A DNA stretch of 62,094 nucleotides, filler included, from Fonticula-like sp. SCN 57-25 (Eukaryota): the NCBI GenBank assembly GCA_001724245.1. It is 9 parts of 9 records of this genome, joined end to end, with 100 filler letters (N's around TTAATTAATTAA, not from the genome) between each part and the next. Parts side by side here need not be neighbours in the genome. Positions count along the whole stretch, not along the records: positions 40,101 to 48,782 come from MEDX01000455.1; positions 48,883 to 55,664 come from MEDX01000456.1; positions 55,765 to 62,094 come from MEDX01000459.1; 6 more parts are not named here. One strand, 5' to 3'. Below are positions 45,325 through 60,635 of the stretch, piece by piece. A program made the position numbers and the translations under genes. Numbering within the stretch: position 1 is the first letter of the stretch; each line of letters starts with the position of its first letter. The notes below the pieces were generated by a model. That model searched no databases and was not told where the DNA came from. It was given only the letters and a program-made list of their open reading frames with translations.

Positions 45325-46310
45325 CTACAACTTGCCGAGCAACTTCTGCGCCTCCTGGTGCGCCGAATTGTCGTCTGCCGTAACGTTTGCCATTGCGATC
45401 GCCTTCTCGTACCAGTGCTTGGCGGCCGCCTTGTCGCCCATCCTGTCGTACGTCTGCCCGAGGAAGAGCGCGTTGCGCTTGTAAAAGCCCGGCTCGAGCT
45501 GCTCGGCGCGCAAAAAGTACGCGAGCGCGCGGTCGTACGTGCACTTTGGGGGCTCGGCAAAGATGACGCTCGCGAGCTTGGACATGGTCCACGACATGTC
45601 GGCAAAGGTGAAGCACCACGTGCCGAGCAGGTGCACCGACGTGGCTGCGCGGCGTCAGTCATCGCGCGCGGGGGGATCATTCGCGTACCGTCTCCGGGGT
45701 TCAGCTCGGCGGCGCGGTCAAAGTACTCGTACACCTTGAAGGCGTTCTGGATCTGCGCCTTGGTGCCCTGAAAGTCGCCGAGCTTGGCGAGGATGATGCC
45801 GGCCCACTTGTTGGCGGCAAAGCTGTTGGGGTCCGCTTCGAGCGCGCGCAGCACAAACTCGTTCGCCTCAACCATGAGGGCCTCCTTGGCCTTGGCGTCC
45901 TTGCTGTCCGTCAGCGCGACGCCGCTGTCGTGCAGCGCGCGCGCCAGACGCCAAAGGTACTCGGCATCGTTCGGGTTCGACGACACGAGCTCGCGCAGGG
46001 ACGACACAAGGGCGGGCAGATCGTACTGTGCATACAGCGCGTCCGCGCGCGCAAGGCGCAAGAGGCGCTGGCTGTCGTCCTTGGCGGCCGCCTTGGGCGC
46101 GGCGGCGCAGTGCGCGGCCGATACGGTGCTGCCAGCGGCCTGCGATTCGTCAGCACAGATTGGCAGATTGGCGGCCGCGTACCACAAGGGCGGCGGCGAT
46201 CGCAAAGGAAGACACACCCGGCCGCGTGGCAGGCTGAGGCGCCGCAGGCACGCGAGTCGCGAGAGAAGCAGCGCGCGGGATCCCGCGCCCCGCCGACACT
46301 GCCAGCGCAA
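45325..46310 (-). CDS. RMDN1: Regulator of microtubule dynamics protein (RMDN/FAM82, TPR)
   Basis: ADALY, EYLWRLARA, ANKWAGIIL, AAELNPGD, HLLGTWCFTFADMSW...ASVIFAEPP..TY..AL..F..AE..EPGFY. Start uncertain. Confidence 0.88.
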
Positions 46311-46416
46311 AGCCCCGTCTCAGCATCTTTCAGGCTTGTTTGTTGTGTACCTCCAACAGTGCTGCCACAAGCCTGTTGATATACTGTCCACCTGACCTGC
46401 ATCGGAGATCGAGGAA

Positions 46417-47304
46417 ATGGCGACCAACATTACGTGGCACGCGGGCGATGTTTCTGCGGCGGAGCGCGTTGAGCTGCTCAAGCAGAAGGTTTGTCTNNNN
46501 NNNNNNNNNNNNNNNNNNNNNNNNNNNNNNNNNNNNNNNNTTTGAAGCTAATTATGTGTTAATAGGGCATGACCATCTGGTTCACTGGCCTGTCCGCCTC
46601 GGGCAAGTCGACGGTGGCCTCTGCTCTCGAGCAGGTCCTCCTCAAGCGCGGTGCGTCCCACAGCGCCGCCCGCTTTTGCCCGTACTAAACGGGCTTGTTT
46701 AGGTATCCACGCGTACCGCCTCGACGGCGACAACATTCGCTTCGGCCTCAACAAGAACCTCGGCTTCTCTGATGCCGATCGCCAGGAGAACATCCGCCGC
46801 ATCTCTGAGGTGCGCTTCCGCCCGCCGCCCGCGCGGCCCCACTGACACGCCACTTTTTCTAGGTGGCCAAGCTCTTTGCTGATGCCTGCAACATTGCGAT
46901 CACCTCGTTCATCTCGCCCTTCCGCGCTGACCGCGATGCCGCTCGCAAGCTGCACGCCGATGCCGGCATCCCCTTCATTGAGGTCTTTGCCGACGCCTCG
47001 CTCGACATTGTCAAGAACCGCGACCCCAAGGGCCTCTACAAGAAGGCCCTCGCCGGCGAGATCAAGGGTGCGCGCGATGCGCATGGCGCCATGCATGCTG
47101 ACTGTGCTTTTTCAGACTTTACCGGCGTTTCGTCGCCGTATGAGCCGCCGCTCGCCCCTGAGATCCACATCAACAGCGGCGAGACGCCCGTTGACAAGTG
47201 TGTCGAGGTGCGCTGCTTCTTTTTTCTTTCCCTTTCCGTTTCTAATGAATCTATAGGCGATCCTCGAGTACATGTACGCCAACCAGCTGCTCGCCAAGGA
47301 GTAG
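46417..47304 (+). CDS. MET14: Adenylyl-sulfate (APS) kinase
   Basis: [72 protein letters not shown] scaffold N-gap (46497-46540) lies in intron 1. Confidence 0.96.
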
Positions 47305-47410
47305 GCAGCCGCCCCATATCAGTACCCATATCGCAAATAAACATATTCTCAGTTGAATAGCCAATATCAGCGCTTGAAATGCGGAAAAATGAATATTATT
47401 GGATACAAAA

Positions 47411-48782
47411 CTACTTGCGGTAGCGGTAGCGCTTAAAGTGAAAGTGAAGCTGGAGCACGCCGCGGTCGAATGACGACCTGAACCCGTGCTTTTGCGACTG
47501 CTCCCACTCGCGCGCAATGATGCGGAAGGCAATGTCTTCGTATGGCGGGCCGGCGCTGAAGCGGATAAAGCACGTGGACTTGTCGGCGCTTTCGGGATCG
47601 GGGATGATCTTGTACGTCGGCGTGTCCTGCTTGTTGATGAGGTCGGGGTAAAAGATCTGAAAAAGTGTTAGCACGGAGGCTCAAATACTCAAGAGAACAA
47701 GAAAAATGGCCAACAATGGCAAAATAGAGCACAAACACACACACACATCAACAAAAAATATCATCAAAAACACTCATTCATCAGAAACGTACGTTGAATT
47801 TGTATCCCTGAACTGTCTTTGGCGGCGGATTATCATGATCGTAGTGCATCTGGTTGTACTTGTTCCACTCGTACCCCGTGTACACCCTATTAAAGTACCT
47901 CGGCTTCCTCGGCCTAAACTTGTCCTGCCACTTGTACACCTGCGCGCCAAGGTGAATTTCCGTGCTAAACACCTCCGAGTTTTCCTCTGCGCTATAATTC
48001 GCCGCCTCCTTTGCCTGCAGCCGCGCCGCGTCGGCCGAATTGTCGTACGCACTGTCATCCTGCTGGCGCCGCTGCTCGTCCTCTGCCGCGGCGGCAGCGT
48101 GCGCGGCCGCCGCCTGCGACGCCGACACGCGCGTCGTCGGCAGCTCGGGCTCGCCGGCCTCGGCGCGGCGCGCCTGCTCCTCCTTCATGAGCGCGAGCCT
48201 CGTCTTGAGCGTCTTGGCGAGCAGCACGCGCAGGCGCGCCATCGCGAGGTGAACCGTCGCGCGCTTGTACAGCGCCATCCAGTACTCTTCGTCAATGGGC
48301 TCGTCAGAGTCGAGCTTGCCGCGCACAAGCTGCTCAAGCTCGACAAGCTCGTCAACAGACTTGGCCGCGAGCGAGCGTTCGAGCTCGGCGGAAACTTCTT
48401 CGCTGATGCCGGGCTGCGAACGCGACGGGTCCTCGCGAAGTTTCTCGAGGTGGCTGTCGCACACGACAAGCATGAGACGCCAGAATTCGCCATTGTCGGT
48501 GTGGCGCTCAAGGTCGTGGTAGCCTTCCAGGTCCTTGCGGAGCGCCTCCGTTTCGGGCAATGTAAGACCCTATGGCGCGTCAGTGTACACAACAGCAGCA
48601 GGCAGTGGCGTACCAAAAAGATGTGCGACGGGTCCTCGAGGTTCACGTCAACGTCGAGGTTGTCCAGGTTCATGCACAGGGCAAGAATGTCGATGGGCTT
48701 GGGGCGGCCCTCGCGCACGCGGATCTCGGCGCGGAGCTTGGCCTGCTGAAGGTGGAAAAGCTCTTCTTTCCGGTCAAGATCG
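47411..48782 (-). CDS. CACTIN: Cactin (spliceosomal), 5' truncated
   Basis: IRVREGRPKPIDIL, DKFRPRKPRYFNRVYTGYEWNKYNQMHYDHDNPPPKTVQGYKFN, IFYPDLI, FSAGPPYEDIAFRI...FKRYRYRK. Confidence 0.96.
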
Positions 48783-48882
48783 NNNNNNNNNNNNNNNNNN
48801 NNNNNNNNNNNNNNNNNNNNNNNNNNTTAATTAATTAANNNNNNNNNNNNNNNNNNNNNNNNNNNNNNNNNNNNNNNNNNNN

Positions 48883-49491
48883 GGGGCGTCGTCGGACGGG
48901 AGCGTGGACCCGTGGGTCGAGTACGTCGACGAGTTTGGGCGGTCGCGCACGCTCAGGCGGAGCCAGCTGCCGCCCAACACGAGGCGAACGGACTCTGGCA
49001 CGTACGTGCTCACCGGCGGCGATGAGGAAGGCGGCGGTGACGGCCTCTGGTCGTCCGACATGGACCGCGAGCGCCGCCGCGCCGACTGGGAGGAAGAGGC
49101 AATGGCCGACATTGACAATTCAAGGCCAATGCACTACGACGCGAGCAAAGGTGCGCTCGTCACAAACTTCAAACTACACGCATTGCTAACTCGCTGTGTC
49201 AAATAGAAATTCGTCTAAAAGGCGCTGGCTTTTACCAATTTTCCGCGGACGAAGACGAGCGTCAGCGTCAGCTTCGCGAGCTCGAAGAAGTCCGCCAAAA
49301 CACAGTTCGGCAGCGGCGGCAGCACGAACAAATCCAGGCGCGTCGCTCTGCGCGCGTTGCCAACCGCATTGAGCGCGTGCGTGAGCGTTGCCTGCAGCTG
49401 AGCGGGTTTGAGCAGCCGCAGGGCAGCCGACTTTTTGGCGAGACTCCAGCTCGAACTCGGCCAGGCGTCGGCAGCCACACAAGAGTCGTAA
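48883..49491 (+). CDS. CCDC174/DUF4078-like protein, 3' part
   Basis: WVEYVDEFGRSR, PMHYDASK-EIRLKGAGFYQFSADEDERQRQ. Confidence 0.8.
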
Positions 49492-49785
49492 TTTGAAGCG
49501 GTTTTCGTGTATATATTATGTTTATTATTTTGTAATTTTGTTGTGTACTGTACGTTATGCGCATTGAATGGATTCATTGGGAATATTATTGTCAATCTCC
49601 CCTCGCAACAATTCAGACAAAAACACGACATTCGACGCTCCGCTAAATGAGTAAACATTCAGCCCGAGGCCAGGAACAAATACAATGATTGCAGCATGAA
49701 GTGGGACACTACAATGTGGAGGTAATCAAACAAGAGGGTGGATGTAAATGGTCACCCACGTGGAAGAATGTCAGGCCTGCTGGCG

Positions 49786-52355
<2,570 letters not shown>

Positions 52356-53121
52356 TCACCAAACAACAGGGGTACGAAAGATCAGGCACGCAGAGACAGC
52401 ACCGCAGTCCCGCCGACCCGTACGAAAACTAGTTCAAACGCGGTCTTTTTCGACGCGCGAGAGAAGCAAAAAAAGAGGAAAATCCCGCGCACTTTAAAGG
52501 CAAAGCTCTGTACTACAGGCTTCCCGCGCGCGATCTACCCCACGATCGACGGCTTCTCGGTGTCCAAAAAGGCGATTGTGAAAATCTTTCTCGCCCACGC
52601 AACAAGCAGCAAGTTTAACCGTGCCGCCAAGGCTCCCGCCCTTGTTCTGTGATAAACAAGAGAAGAAAACCTAGCTAGGCACGGAAAGCGGTCTTTGGCT
52701 CTCGCTGTTCAAGGGGCAGGCGTCAACCAGCTGAATGACTTGAAACAAGATTTTCCTAGTGACGTCATGATTGGCACATAGTCATCATATCAAAGGCAAA
52801 TATAGAAGCCTCTTTCTCTGCTTGCGATAAAGACTTATTGTACTGCGGCTAGGTTGGTCCGGTACATATGCATGTCGCGCGCTGCTTAGACAGCCGCGGA
52901 ATACAAAGCGGCGGCGGCAGGGACGGTCGTCCCGCTGGGCGGAATGCTCACCTGTGCACAGCAGTGCCACAGCATTGTAATGTGGTCGAACGATCTGAGA
53001 ACTGATCTGGGGTTGACTTGGGTGTTTTTGACAGGAGAGGCGGCAAAAGGGAGTCGTTTGATCTGTGCTCTGTATTCTACAGGCCGTTCTCTGCGCGCGA
53101 GAGCAACTTTATTGCGTCGCG

Positions 53122-55664
53122 ATGGCGGACAACGCCACGCTGGAGGGAGCGCTCCAGTATGAGGAGACAATGCTGGAGCAGGCGAATGTCCTGCTCGACT
53201 ACTTTAAAAAGCGCGCCGAGATTGAGCATGCCTACTCAAAGAGCTTGACCGAGCTCTCTAACGCAACGCAGAGCTCGATGGACGCGCTCGCCGCCAAGAT
53301 TGTCGGCGGGTCGGCGAATACGGGGACGCAGGGGCGAGGCGGCATCTTTGCCAAGCTGACCAAGGATAACCGGAAAGCGTCCATGTCGGACCTCAGCCGC
53401 GAGGTTGGCGCGACGACGATTGGCTCGACCATGTCGGCGGGCCTTGCCGACGTCTTTAGCGACAGCGGGAGAGACGCCGCGCGCCACGAGGAGTGCTCGA
53501 GGCAGCTCAAGACGGCCGTCATCCCAAAGTGCAACGAGTATCTAAAGGCTCTGCATGGGCAGCTCAAGGACATTTCGGCGCACAAGCACCAGTCGGTCGC
53601 GAGCACCAAAGGTACGCCCATCATGTTTGTGCGCGGTCAACTGAATGCCTCTGTTGCAGCGCCGTCGGTGGCCACCAGCGGCTTTGTACAGGAGACGCAA
53701 ATGTCGCAGGTGCTCCAGCGCCTCGCTCAGTATGAGCAGTCGCGGTACGCTTTTTGTTTTGGCGCGCATTCTGATCCTGACCGACCTCATTTCCTCTTCC
53801 CAGCCTCTTAATTATTCGCGAAGTGATTATGAGCTACTGCTCGATACGCGGCGTGTTTAGCCAGGGCACGTCGACCGACTGCGACAGCGCCGTCGGCCGC
53901 CTCCAGCGCATCGACATCAACGAAGACTACGCCGAGTTTTGCCAAGAGTTTGTGCGCCACAATCAGCTCGACGGCCTCACGGCGACGCACCAGGGCGAGC
54001 TGTGGCGCCGCACGCTGCGCAACGACACGTGGGACCGCCGCGAGTTCATGCTCGTGAGCGACAAGCAGCTGCTCGTGTATTACAGCACCAAGCACAGGCA
54101 CAAGGTCAAGAGCGTCGCGCGCCTCTCAAAGTACACGGTTCACAACGTTCACGAGTCGTTTTCCAAGCGGCCGTACGCGTTCCTGCTCGCGTGCTCGAAC
54201 GACGGCGGGCAGCTCGAGGAGACGCTCGTGCTCTCGGCAGAATCGCAGGAGGAAAAGGGTGCGTCATTTTACCTTTTTTGTCGCCGTGTTCTCTTTTTTC
54301 CCGCCATTTTATGCCTATACTTTTGTTTGATACTGGCATTGGCTGTCTTTCACTAAAATTTTACTGGTTTTCTACCTCTTTTCCTGCCTTTTCTTGCCTT
54401 TTCCCGCCTTGCCCTTCCTTTTCCCGCCATTTTACCCATACTTACCTTTTCGATTATAGAAAAGTGGCTTCGTCTGCTTGTACAGTGCTGCTACTGCTGC
54501 GAGCCATGCGCCGCCCTCGGCAGCACGCACCTCAAGCGGTACCCGCGCTTCGGCTCGGACGACCCCGACTCGCCCTATCAGCAGCGCACGCTCAGCGTCC
54601 GCGTCATCGAGGCAGAGGGCTTTGATTCAAGCAAGGACACTTATGCCGTCCTTCGTACGAGAGGCGTTTATTTTAATATGTTAACTGAATTGGCGGGTGA
54701 ATTTGTAGAGTTTGGCGGTTCGCAAGGGCGCGGGATTCCGTTTGCGAGGACGAGCACAAAGTACCGCTCGAATGCGCACGAGTGGAACGAAGAGTTTTCC
54801 ATCGAGTACGCATGTTGGTTTGGTTTAGTTTGGTTTGGTTTATGTTTGGTTTTGACTTTTTTTGGCATGTTTTTGCTTGTTTCCGCCACACCTTTGCATG
54901 TTTCCTCTTGCCCATTTCGGCCACTTTTTCCCCTTTCTCTGCTGACATTCTCGTTTTTCCAGTGAAATCCACCATGACATTTCTAGTGTGCGCATCACCG
55001 TCTACTACCAAGGCACGCTACTTGCCCGCGGCGACAGCGCCGTCGGCTCCGTCGTTGTCCCCCTCGACGGCCACGGCGGCTGGCCCGACGGCCGCTGGTT
55101 CCCCCTCGAGAGCACGCGCGGCGAAGGCTCCTCCTGCTCGGTCACCCTCAAGCTCGCCGTCGGCGTCTGGGACAAGTTTGTCCTCACGCAAGACCAGTAC
55201 GAGCCGCTGTGGGACCTTGTGCGCGACCAGTTTGCCGCCACGTCCATCTGCATGAACAATGTCACTGGCAACTGCGACGAGCTGTTTGAGCCGCTGTACG
55301 CCGCCTGCACGCACTATGGCGGCGAGGCGACCGTGCTGTCCTGCTTTGCCGACCTGGCGCGCGCCGAGGTGCAGTCGACGGCGGACTTTCGGACGCTGTT
55401 CCGGCAGAGCACCTTTGCGCTGCGCATGCTCGAGCGGCTCATGCGCCACGTGGGGCGCGGCTACCTGCAAAACAGCGTTGGGCCAATCATCAAGCTTATC
55501 ATTCAGGAGGACCAGCTGTGCGAGGTGGAGCCGGGGCGGCTCAGGCAGGGCGATGATATTGAGATGCAGCGGGCGAGGCTGCTGAGGCATGTAAAGTCGA
55601 TCTGGGGGGCGACGTCAAAGTCGATCAATTTGTGTCCGAAGTTGCTGAGGCATTTGTTTACGCA
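53122..55664 (+). CDS. FCH/F-BAR-like + PH + C2 + RasGAP protein, 3' truncated
   Basis: YFKKRAEIEHAYSKSL (FCH), PH (QLLVYY...VHESFSKRPYAF...AESQEEK), C2 (VRVIEA, FARTSTK...EWNEEF, RWFPL), RasGAP (TLFRQST...GRGYLQ...CEVEP...CPKLLRHLF). Confidence 0.85.
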
Positions 55665-55764
55665 NNNNNNNNNNNNNNNNNNNNNNNNNNNNNNNNNNNN
55701 NNNNNNNNTTAATTAATTAANNNNNNNNNNNNNNNNNNNNNNNNNNNNNNNNNNNNNNNNNNNN

Positions 55765-56007
55765 CCGTCTCATGAGAAATTTTTTCTGCAAGCAGGGTCG
55801 TTCCGGAAAAACGATGAAGCTGAGAACCTTAAAGCACGATTGGCGTTGTTGGGCTTATTCGCCACGGTTCAACCAATCGATCTGGCGGATAGAGGCATGT
55901 GGTACCGGGTTCGAGTTGGCCCCTTCAATAATCGGAGGGACGCCGATCGAGCCAATGTCTCATTGAAGGAAAATGGAATAGAAGCTCAATTTGTGAGAAT
56001 TCAATAA
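55765..56007 (+). CDS. Bacterial SPOR-domain protein (FtsN/DedD-like), C-terminal fragment; absent from the supplied ORF track
   Basis: PSHEKFFLQAGSFRKNDEAENLKARLALLG...MWYRVRVGPF...LKENGIEAQFVRIQ*. Confidence 0.9.
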   Translation, partial: PSHEKFFLQAGSFRKNDEAENLKARLALLGLFATVQPIDLADRGMWYRVRVGPFNNRRDADRANVSLKENGIEAQFVRIQ

Positions 56008-56089
56008 ATCCGTAACTAATCTTTTTAGCGCACTGTTTCAAAATACGCCTCACCGATAACTACTTTTCTCTTACTTTCAAACTTTATTG

Positions 56090-56166
56090 AAGGAGTAAAA
56101 ATGAAGCGACGTCAGTTTCTCTCAGCTTTCTTGTTGTTAGGTTTCTCTTTTGTTTTTGTTCATTAA
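56090..56166 (+). pseudogene. Truncated start of a bacterial exported protein (dsbA-like position) with a Shine-Dalgarno site
   Basis: aaggag precedes ATG 56101; MKRRQFLSAFLLLG is signal-peptide-like and stops after 21 codons. The SPOR-dsbA order is known in betaproteobacteria. Confidence 0.5.
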
Positions 56167-56177
56167 CTGGATGCCAG

Positions 56178-58272
56178 ACGATATGTTAAACTTTCAGTTG
56201 ACTTGACCAAAATTTCCTAATGTTTCATCCGTCCACTACTTCTGACCTACTGTCAGAAATTGACCGTTTCCACAAACTTCCTCGTGCTTTCAGTGCATTT
56301 TCTACACTCAGTAGAACCGGCGGAGAACGATTCCGACGCTTATCGGTGTTGAAAAAAATATTGGAAATTCTTAGTGGAAATGATGTTGCCGAACTGGTCT
56401 CTGCATTTTTTTCTTCTCGAGTTGGAACTTCAATAATGGCCAAGATGAGGCTATTCCACAACTCCCAGTTACTCTCCGATTTGGGTCAACACCAGCAATC
56501 TGTGTCACTCAAGGAACGGATTTCCTTACTGTCTTTAGTGTGTGACAGAAACACTCAAGATACTTTACGTAAGGCTAATTTCAAGTTCAGTCGCCAATCC
56601 TTGAGAAAAGCCAAGGATATGGCCAAGAGAAGAAGAGAGAATGAAGAAACTGAAGGAGAAGAAGAATCAGTACCAGCACACAAGCAGAAACGTCAGAGAC
56701 GTTACCAAGGTAACATTGAGCAGTTTCTGCACGAAAACAGTGCTCAAGCTGCTAATCGTACTGTTCGGATCAACGATACGGTGGTTGCTGTGCGTAATTT
56801 GAACGACAGCATTCCACAGTTGATTCGTAACTACAATTCAAGTCACGGAAGTGAGCAAGGTTTGTTTTTTATGATTGGTAATTGAAATTGACTGACCGGT
56901 TGTAGTTTCAGAGTCTACTTTCCGTAGGGTTGTGAGGGAAGCAAAACGCTTCAAAAATTCGCATAAGGCAAGTGATCTATGCGAAACCTGTGAGAACGGC
57001 AAGGTTGCGAAGGGCAGATTGGAGAAACTGCAACGTGAGCTCGAAGAGAATGCTTGTACTCCGGAGGAGCGTCTACAGATGCAGGAAGAGCTCACAAAAT
57101 TAAGGCCGACAGTTGCCAAATTTGAGACGCATTACGCATGCAAAACGGAGCAGCGGAGTGCATTTAAGTGGCAGCGGACTAATTTGGCCAATGGGCAAGG
57201 GCTACTGGTCTTGGATTTCAAAGAAAATATTACGATTGGTGGAGGTCCCCGCGAGTTGACTGCCGCATTTTACAACAAGACCCCAAGGACCCTGTTGGGA
57301 TTTGTGTTGTACAGCAAAGAAGCAGATGTACTTCACAAAAGACACATTAACATCATCTCCGATGTGTTATCCCATGATGCTGGATTTGTAATCCATGCAT
57401 TTAAGAAGGTTCTACAACTTGATTTTGTTCAAGCACTATCCAGTCTCTCAATTTGGTCAGATTGTGGTCCTCATTTCAGGTGCAAGGAGTTCTGCTACTT
57501 CTTGTTTAGAGATCTACCAACTAGATGTGCTAATCTGAATCACATCGAATGGAACTTGTTTGCCGAGAGACATGGCAAGAGTTGTTGTGACTCTCATTTC
57601 TCTCTACTTTCCAGATGGAAACGAGAGATTGAGACTCATACTGCAATCAATAACACTACTACATTGATTGCTGAGTGGATGAAGAAGGCTGATGGCACCT
57701 CAATTGATATGCAATTCATTGATGTGCACAAGGAGCAATTCACTCGTGACCAGATCCACACTTTGGAAGTGGATGGAAGATTTAAAGATTACCTGCGATT
57801 CGAAGCTCGAGGTAATTCTCTCTTTGGGTCAAGCTCTTTCAATGGAACAATGAAGCTCATTGGAACTGAGGAGATTGAAGCTGTGGATAGGAGAGTTACC
57901 AAGCAAGCATACTCGAGAGCAACAACCACCAGAACTAACCAGAGAGTTCATTTGTGCCAAGCCATTTGCAGAAGTACTGGAAAGCAATGTGCTTCGAAAG
58001 GCAAAGTGCAACTTAATGGTCTTTATTTTTGTGGAACGCACAAGGAAGGTGGTTCCAAATTTGAAACAGTACCTGCACAAATGGAAATTGAGGTACTAGA
58101 TGTAGAACAACCAGCTCCACCAGTACGACCAGTAAGGCCAGTACGACCTGCACAGCAAACACCGAGGAGTGTGCAGCAACGGAGATTACCACCAGTGGTG
58201 AGCATTTTATCTTTGCCACCAAGAATGACTATGGTTACAACATCATTGTTGCAATTCCGGCAACAAATGTAA
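56178..58272 (+). mobile_element. DDE/DDD transposase gene, Sola2-like, spliced, with a C-terminal Cys/His knuckle
   Basis: DLCETCE, VLDFKENI, SDVLSHD, IWSDCGPHFR, FAERHGKSCCDSHF; CQAICRSTGKQC...FCGTH; GT-AG intron near 56.86-56.91 kb. No TIRs found. Confidence 0.72.
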
Positions 58273-58415
58273 TTGTTGGACAACATTTGGCAATCAGATC
58301 ATGTGGCCAACTAAATCATTTCCAACCTGATATCCCTCCAAAATATGGGACGTGCTTCAGCGAAAAGCACAATAGCCAATCGATAGTATATTTATCCAGC
58401 AATCGATTGGTATAT

Positions 58416-58770
58416 CCTTTGCCTCTTGTGGTTAACAAAGGCACCTCCGTACCTTGAGGGTAACAAGGTCAACCTTTGCTTCTTGAGGTTAACAAGAGCA
58501 AACCTTAAGCTCTAAGGTTGTGTAGAGCCACTTGCACTGTGTGTTACAGGCACCTCTGACCTTTGAGGTTTGCAAAGGCACCTTTGTCTCTTGTGGTTAT
58601 CAAGAACAGCCTTTGTCTCTTGTGGTCAACAAGAACAACCTCCTGGTTCCAAGGTTGTGTGGAACTACACCTCCTTGGGTGTCACAAATGCAATAACTGT
58701 GCATTGTAATAAGCAAGGAAACCTTTGTACTTTGTGGTTTACAAGGACAACCTTTGCTACTTGTGGTTTA
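58416..58770 (+). repeat. Degenerate ~29-bp satellite array 1
   Basis: Units like cctttgtctcttgtggttatcaagaacag / cctttgtctcttgtggtcaacaagaacaa. Confidence 0.75.
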
Positions 58771-60314
58771 GTTTACACCAAACGACATCATGAATGACGG
58801 GTTGAGTTTACTAAACTTATCCGCGTAAGTTGAAGACTTAAAGTGAGACGATGCATATTAATTTCATAGCAATTATATGTCAAACATATTGGTAAAAAAT
58901 TGAATTCTGTACATCAGGGGTTGTTGATGAATAACCAAATTTCTTGTGTGACATGTCAACCAAGCGTGTACAATTGTAAACAACAACATGTCAAAACTTC
59001 GTAATTATTCTATAGATGAAAATTGGGTCATAGCACATATTATTCAGGAAAATGACTGAAAAAATTCATACGAACTAGTTTATAGTTGGATAGGAATGAG
59101 TCCTGCAACACTTCTTTGATTGCAGCGCTGTTTTGCAAAATACGGAGATATTGAAGAGCTTAAAGAACGTGGGAAAGGGAACAATAATCAAAATTTAAAA
59201 TTTTCTGCAAATTTCAGAGAAAAATCTGAATTGCCAATTTGTAAAATTCCGACTTTATAGAGCACGAGAGAGCTCAACAGTTATCAAAAGAAACGAGTTG
59301 AAACGTTACAGAAACGATGATATGGCATTGGGGATTTGAAATTAACATTACTTGCAAACTTTGAAAGCCTCAATGCATTGAATGATATACCCCAGAATAT
59401 ATCCATTAACGAGCTGGTTGTGCTGAACAGTTCCATTTTTCAAACAAACAACTATCATTTTTACAATGTATATCTACTGATGTGATTGGATTTTACCGCA
59501 ATGCTTGGGGAAATATGCGTACTCTGAAATTAAACATGTGAGGTCATTGATAAAAAATCAAAAAAAACATTCTGAGAGGGGCTACACATACTAACAATCA
59601 GGAGTATTTATTCGAACATAAACAGCGAGATTACAAAAGAATAACTTCATCCTATCAATATCTCCCTTAAAACAGTTTCTCTAGTTGGTTTTATGTTCTC
59701 AGATAATACAGTTGATAAGAAGACATTTACTCAATTAGGGGATGATAGAACAACAAATCCAGGAATAGATTGTAACCTAATAGATAGCACATTGACAAGA
59801 AATGTAAATGACAACGAATTACACGATGGTAAACGAACTTTGGTTGACAGTTATTTTGCAACAGGCCACAGTACCATTTTTATCTCAACCCGTCATTTAG
59901 AATTGAATCCCCTTATCCTCCTATTTAGGTATCATAAACACTTCAACAATACTAGGAGAACTTAGATAAATCGCATTGCTGGTTGGATAATCTTCGATTT
60001 GAAACAAGCTATTATTGAAGGGATTGTCACAATTTGCCACGACATCAGAAAGTCTTGATTTTGAGAGAGTTTTCCCTTCTCGTTGTCAACTACCAGAATA
60101 CTAAAATTCTTAACCCCAAACATTATGGACCCTACCAAGTGTTTTGTGACACTCTATTTTTAGCAATTTACAGTTGAATAGAGTTGACTTTATCACAAAC
60201 TGGTTGAGGGGAATTTGGCCAATATGAATTCTCATACATCTGTGTAATGGTTTCGTTTGCATCAATAAGATGGCTCCGAAATCTCTCCCAGTCATTCATG
60301 ATGTCGTTTGGTGT

Positions 60315-60635
60315 ACAAGAGCAACCTTTGACTCTGAGGTTGTGCAGAGTTTCACCTTGAACGAAACAAATGCAATAATTGCATACTGTGACCAACAAGG
60401 AATCCTTTGACTCTGGGGTTGTGCAGAGTTATCACGCCTTGGATGTAGCGAGTACACTGACTTGTGTCACTCGTGGTTAACTTGGCCACCTTTGCTCCTT
60501 GTGGTTAACAAGAGCATCCCTTTGTACTTGGGGCTTGTACAGTACACCCTCGTCTTGTGGGTAACAAGACATTATTGCTATCCCTTTTGCCTTTGGAGGT
60601 TAGAAGGCAACCTGGTGATCCTGGGGTAAAACAGG
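60315..60635 (+). repeat. Degenerate ~29-bp satellite array 2 (same family and orientation)
   Basis: acctttgctccttgtggttaacaagagca; shares aggttgtg...caaatgcaataa higher-order blocks with array 1. Confidence 0.7.

Noticed and set aside
46497-46540. N-run as a contig linker
   Set aside because: It lacks the TTAA core and APS kinase continues across it, so it is a scaffold gap within an intron.
58416-58770. CRISPR array
   Set aside because: The units are contiguous and degenerate with no unique spacers; there are no cas genes and the context is eukaryotic.
59693-60398. Short ORFs between the satellite arrays
   Set aside because: Short, stop-riddled and without motifs; I cannot support a gene or pseudogene call.
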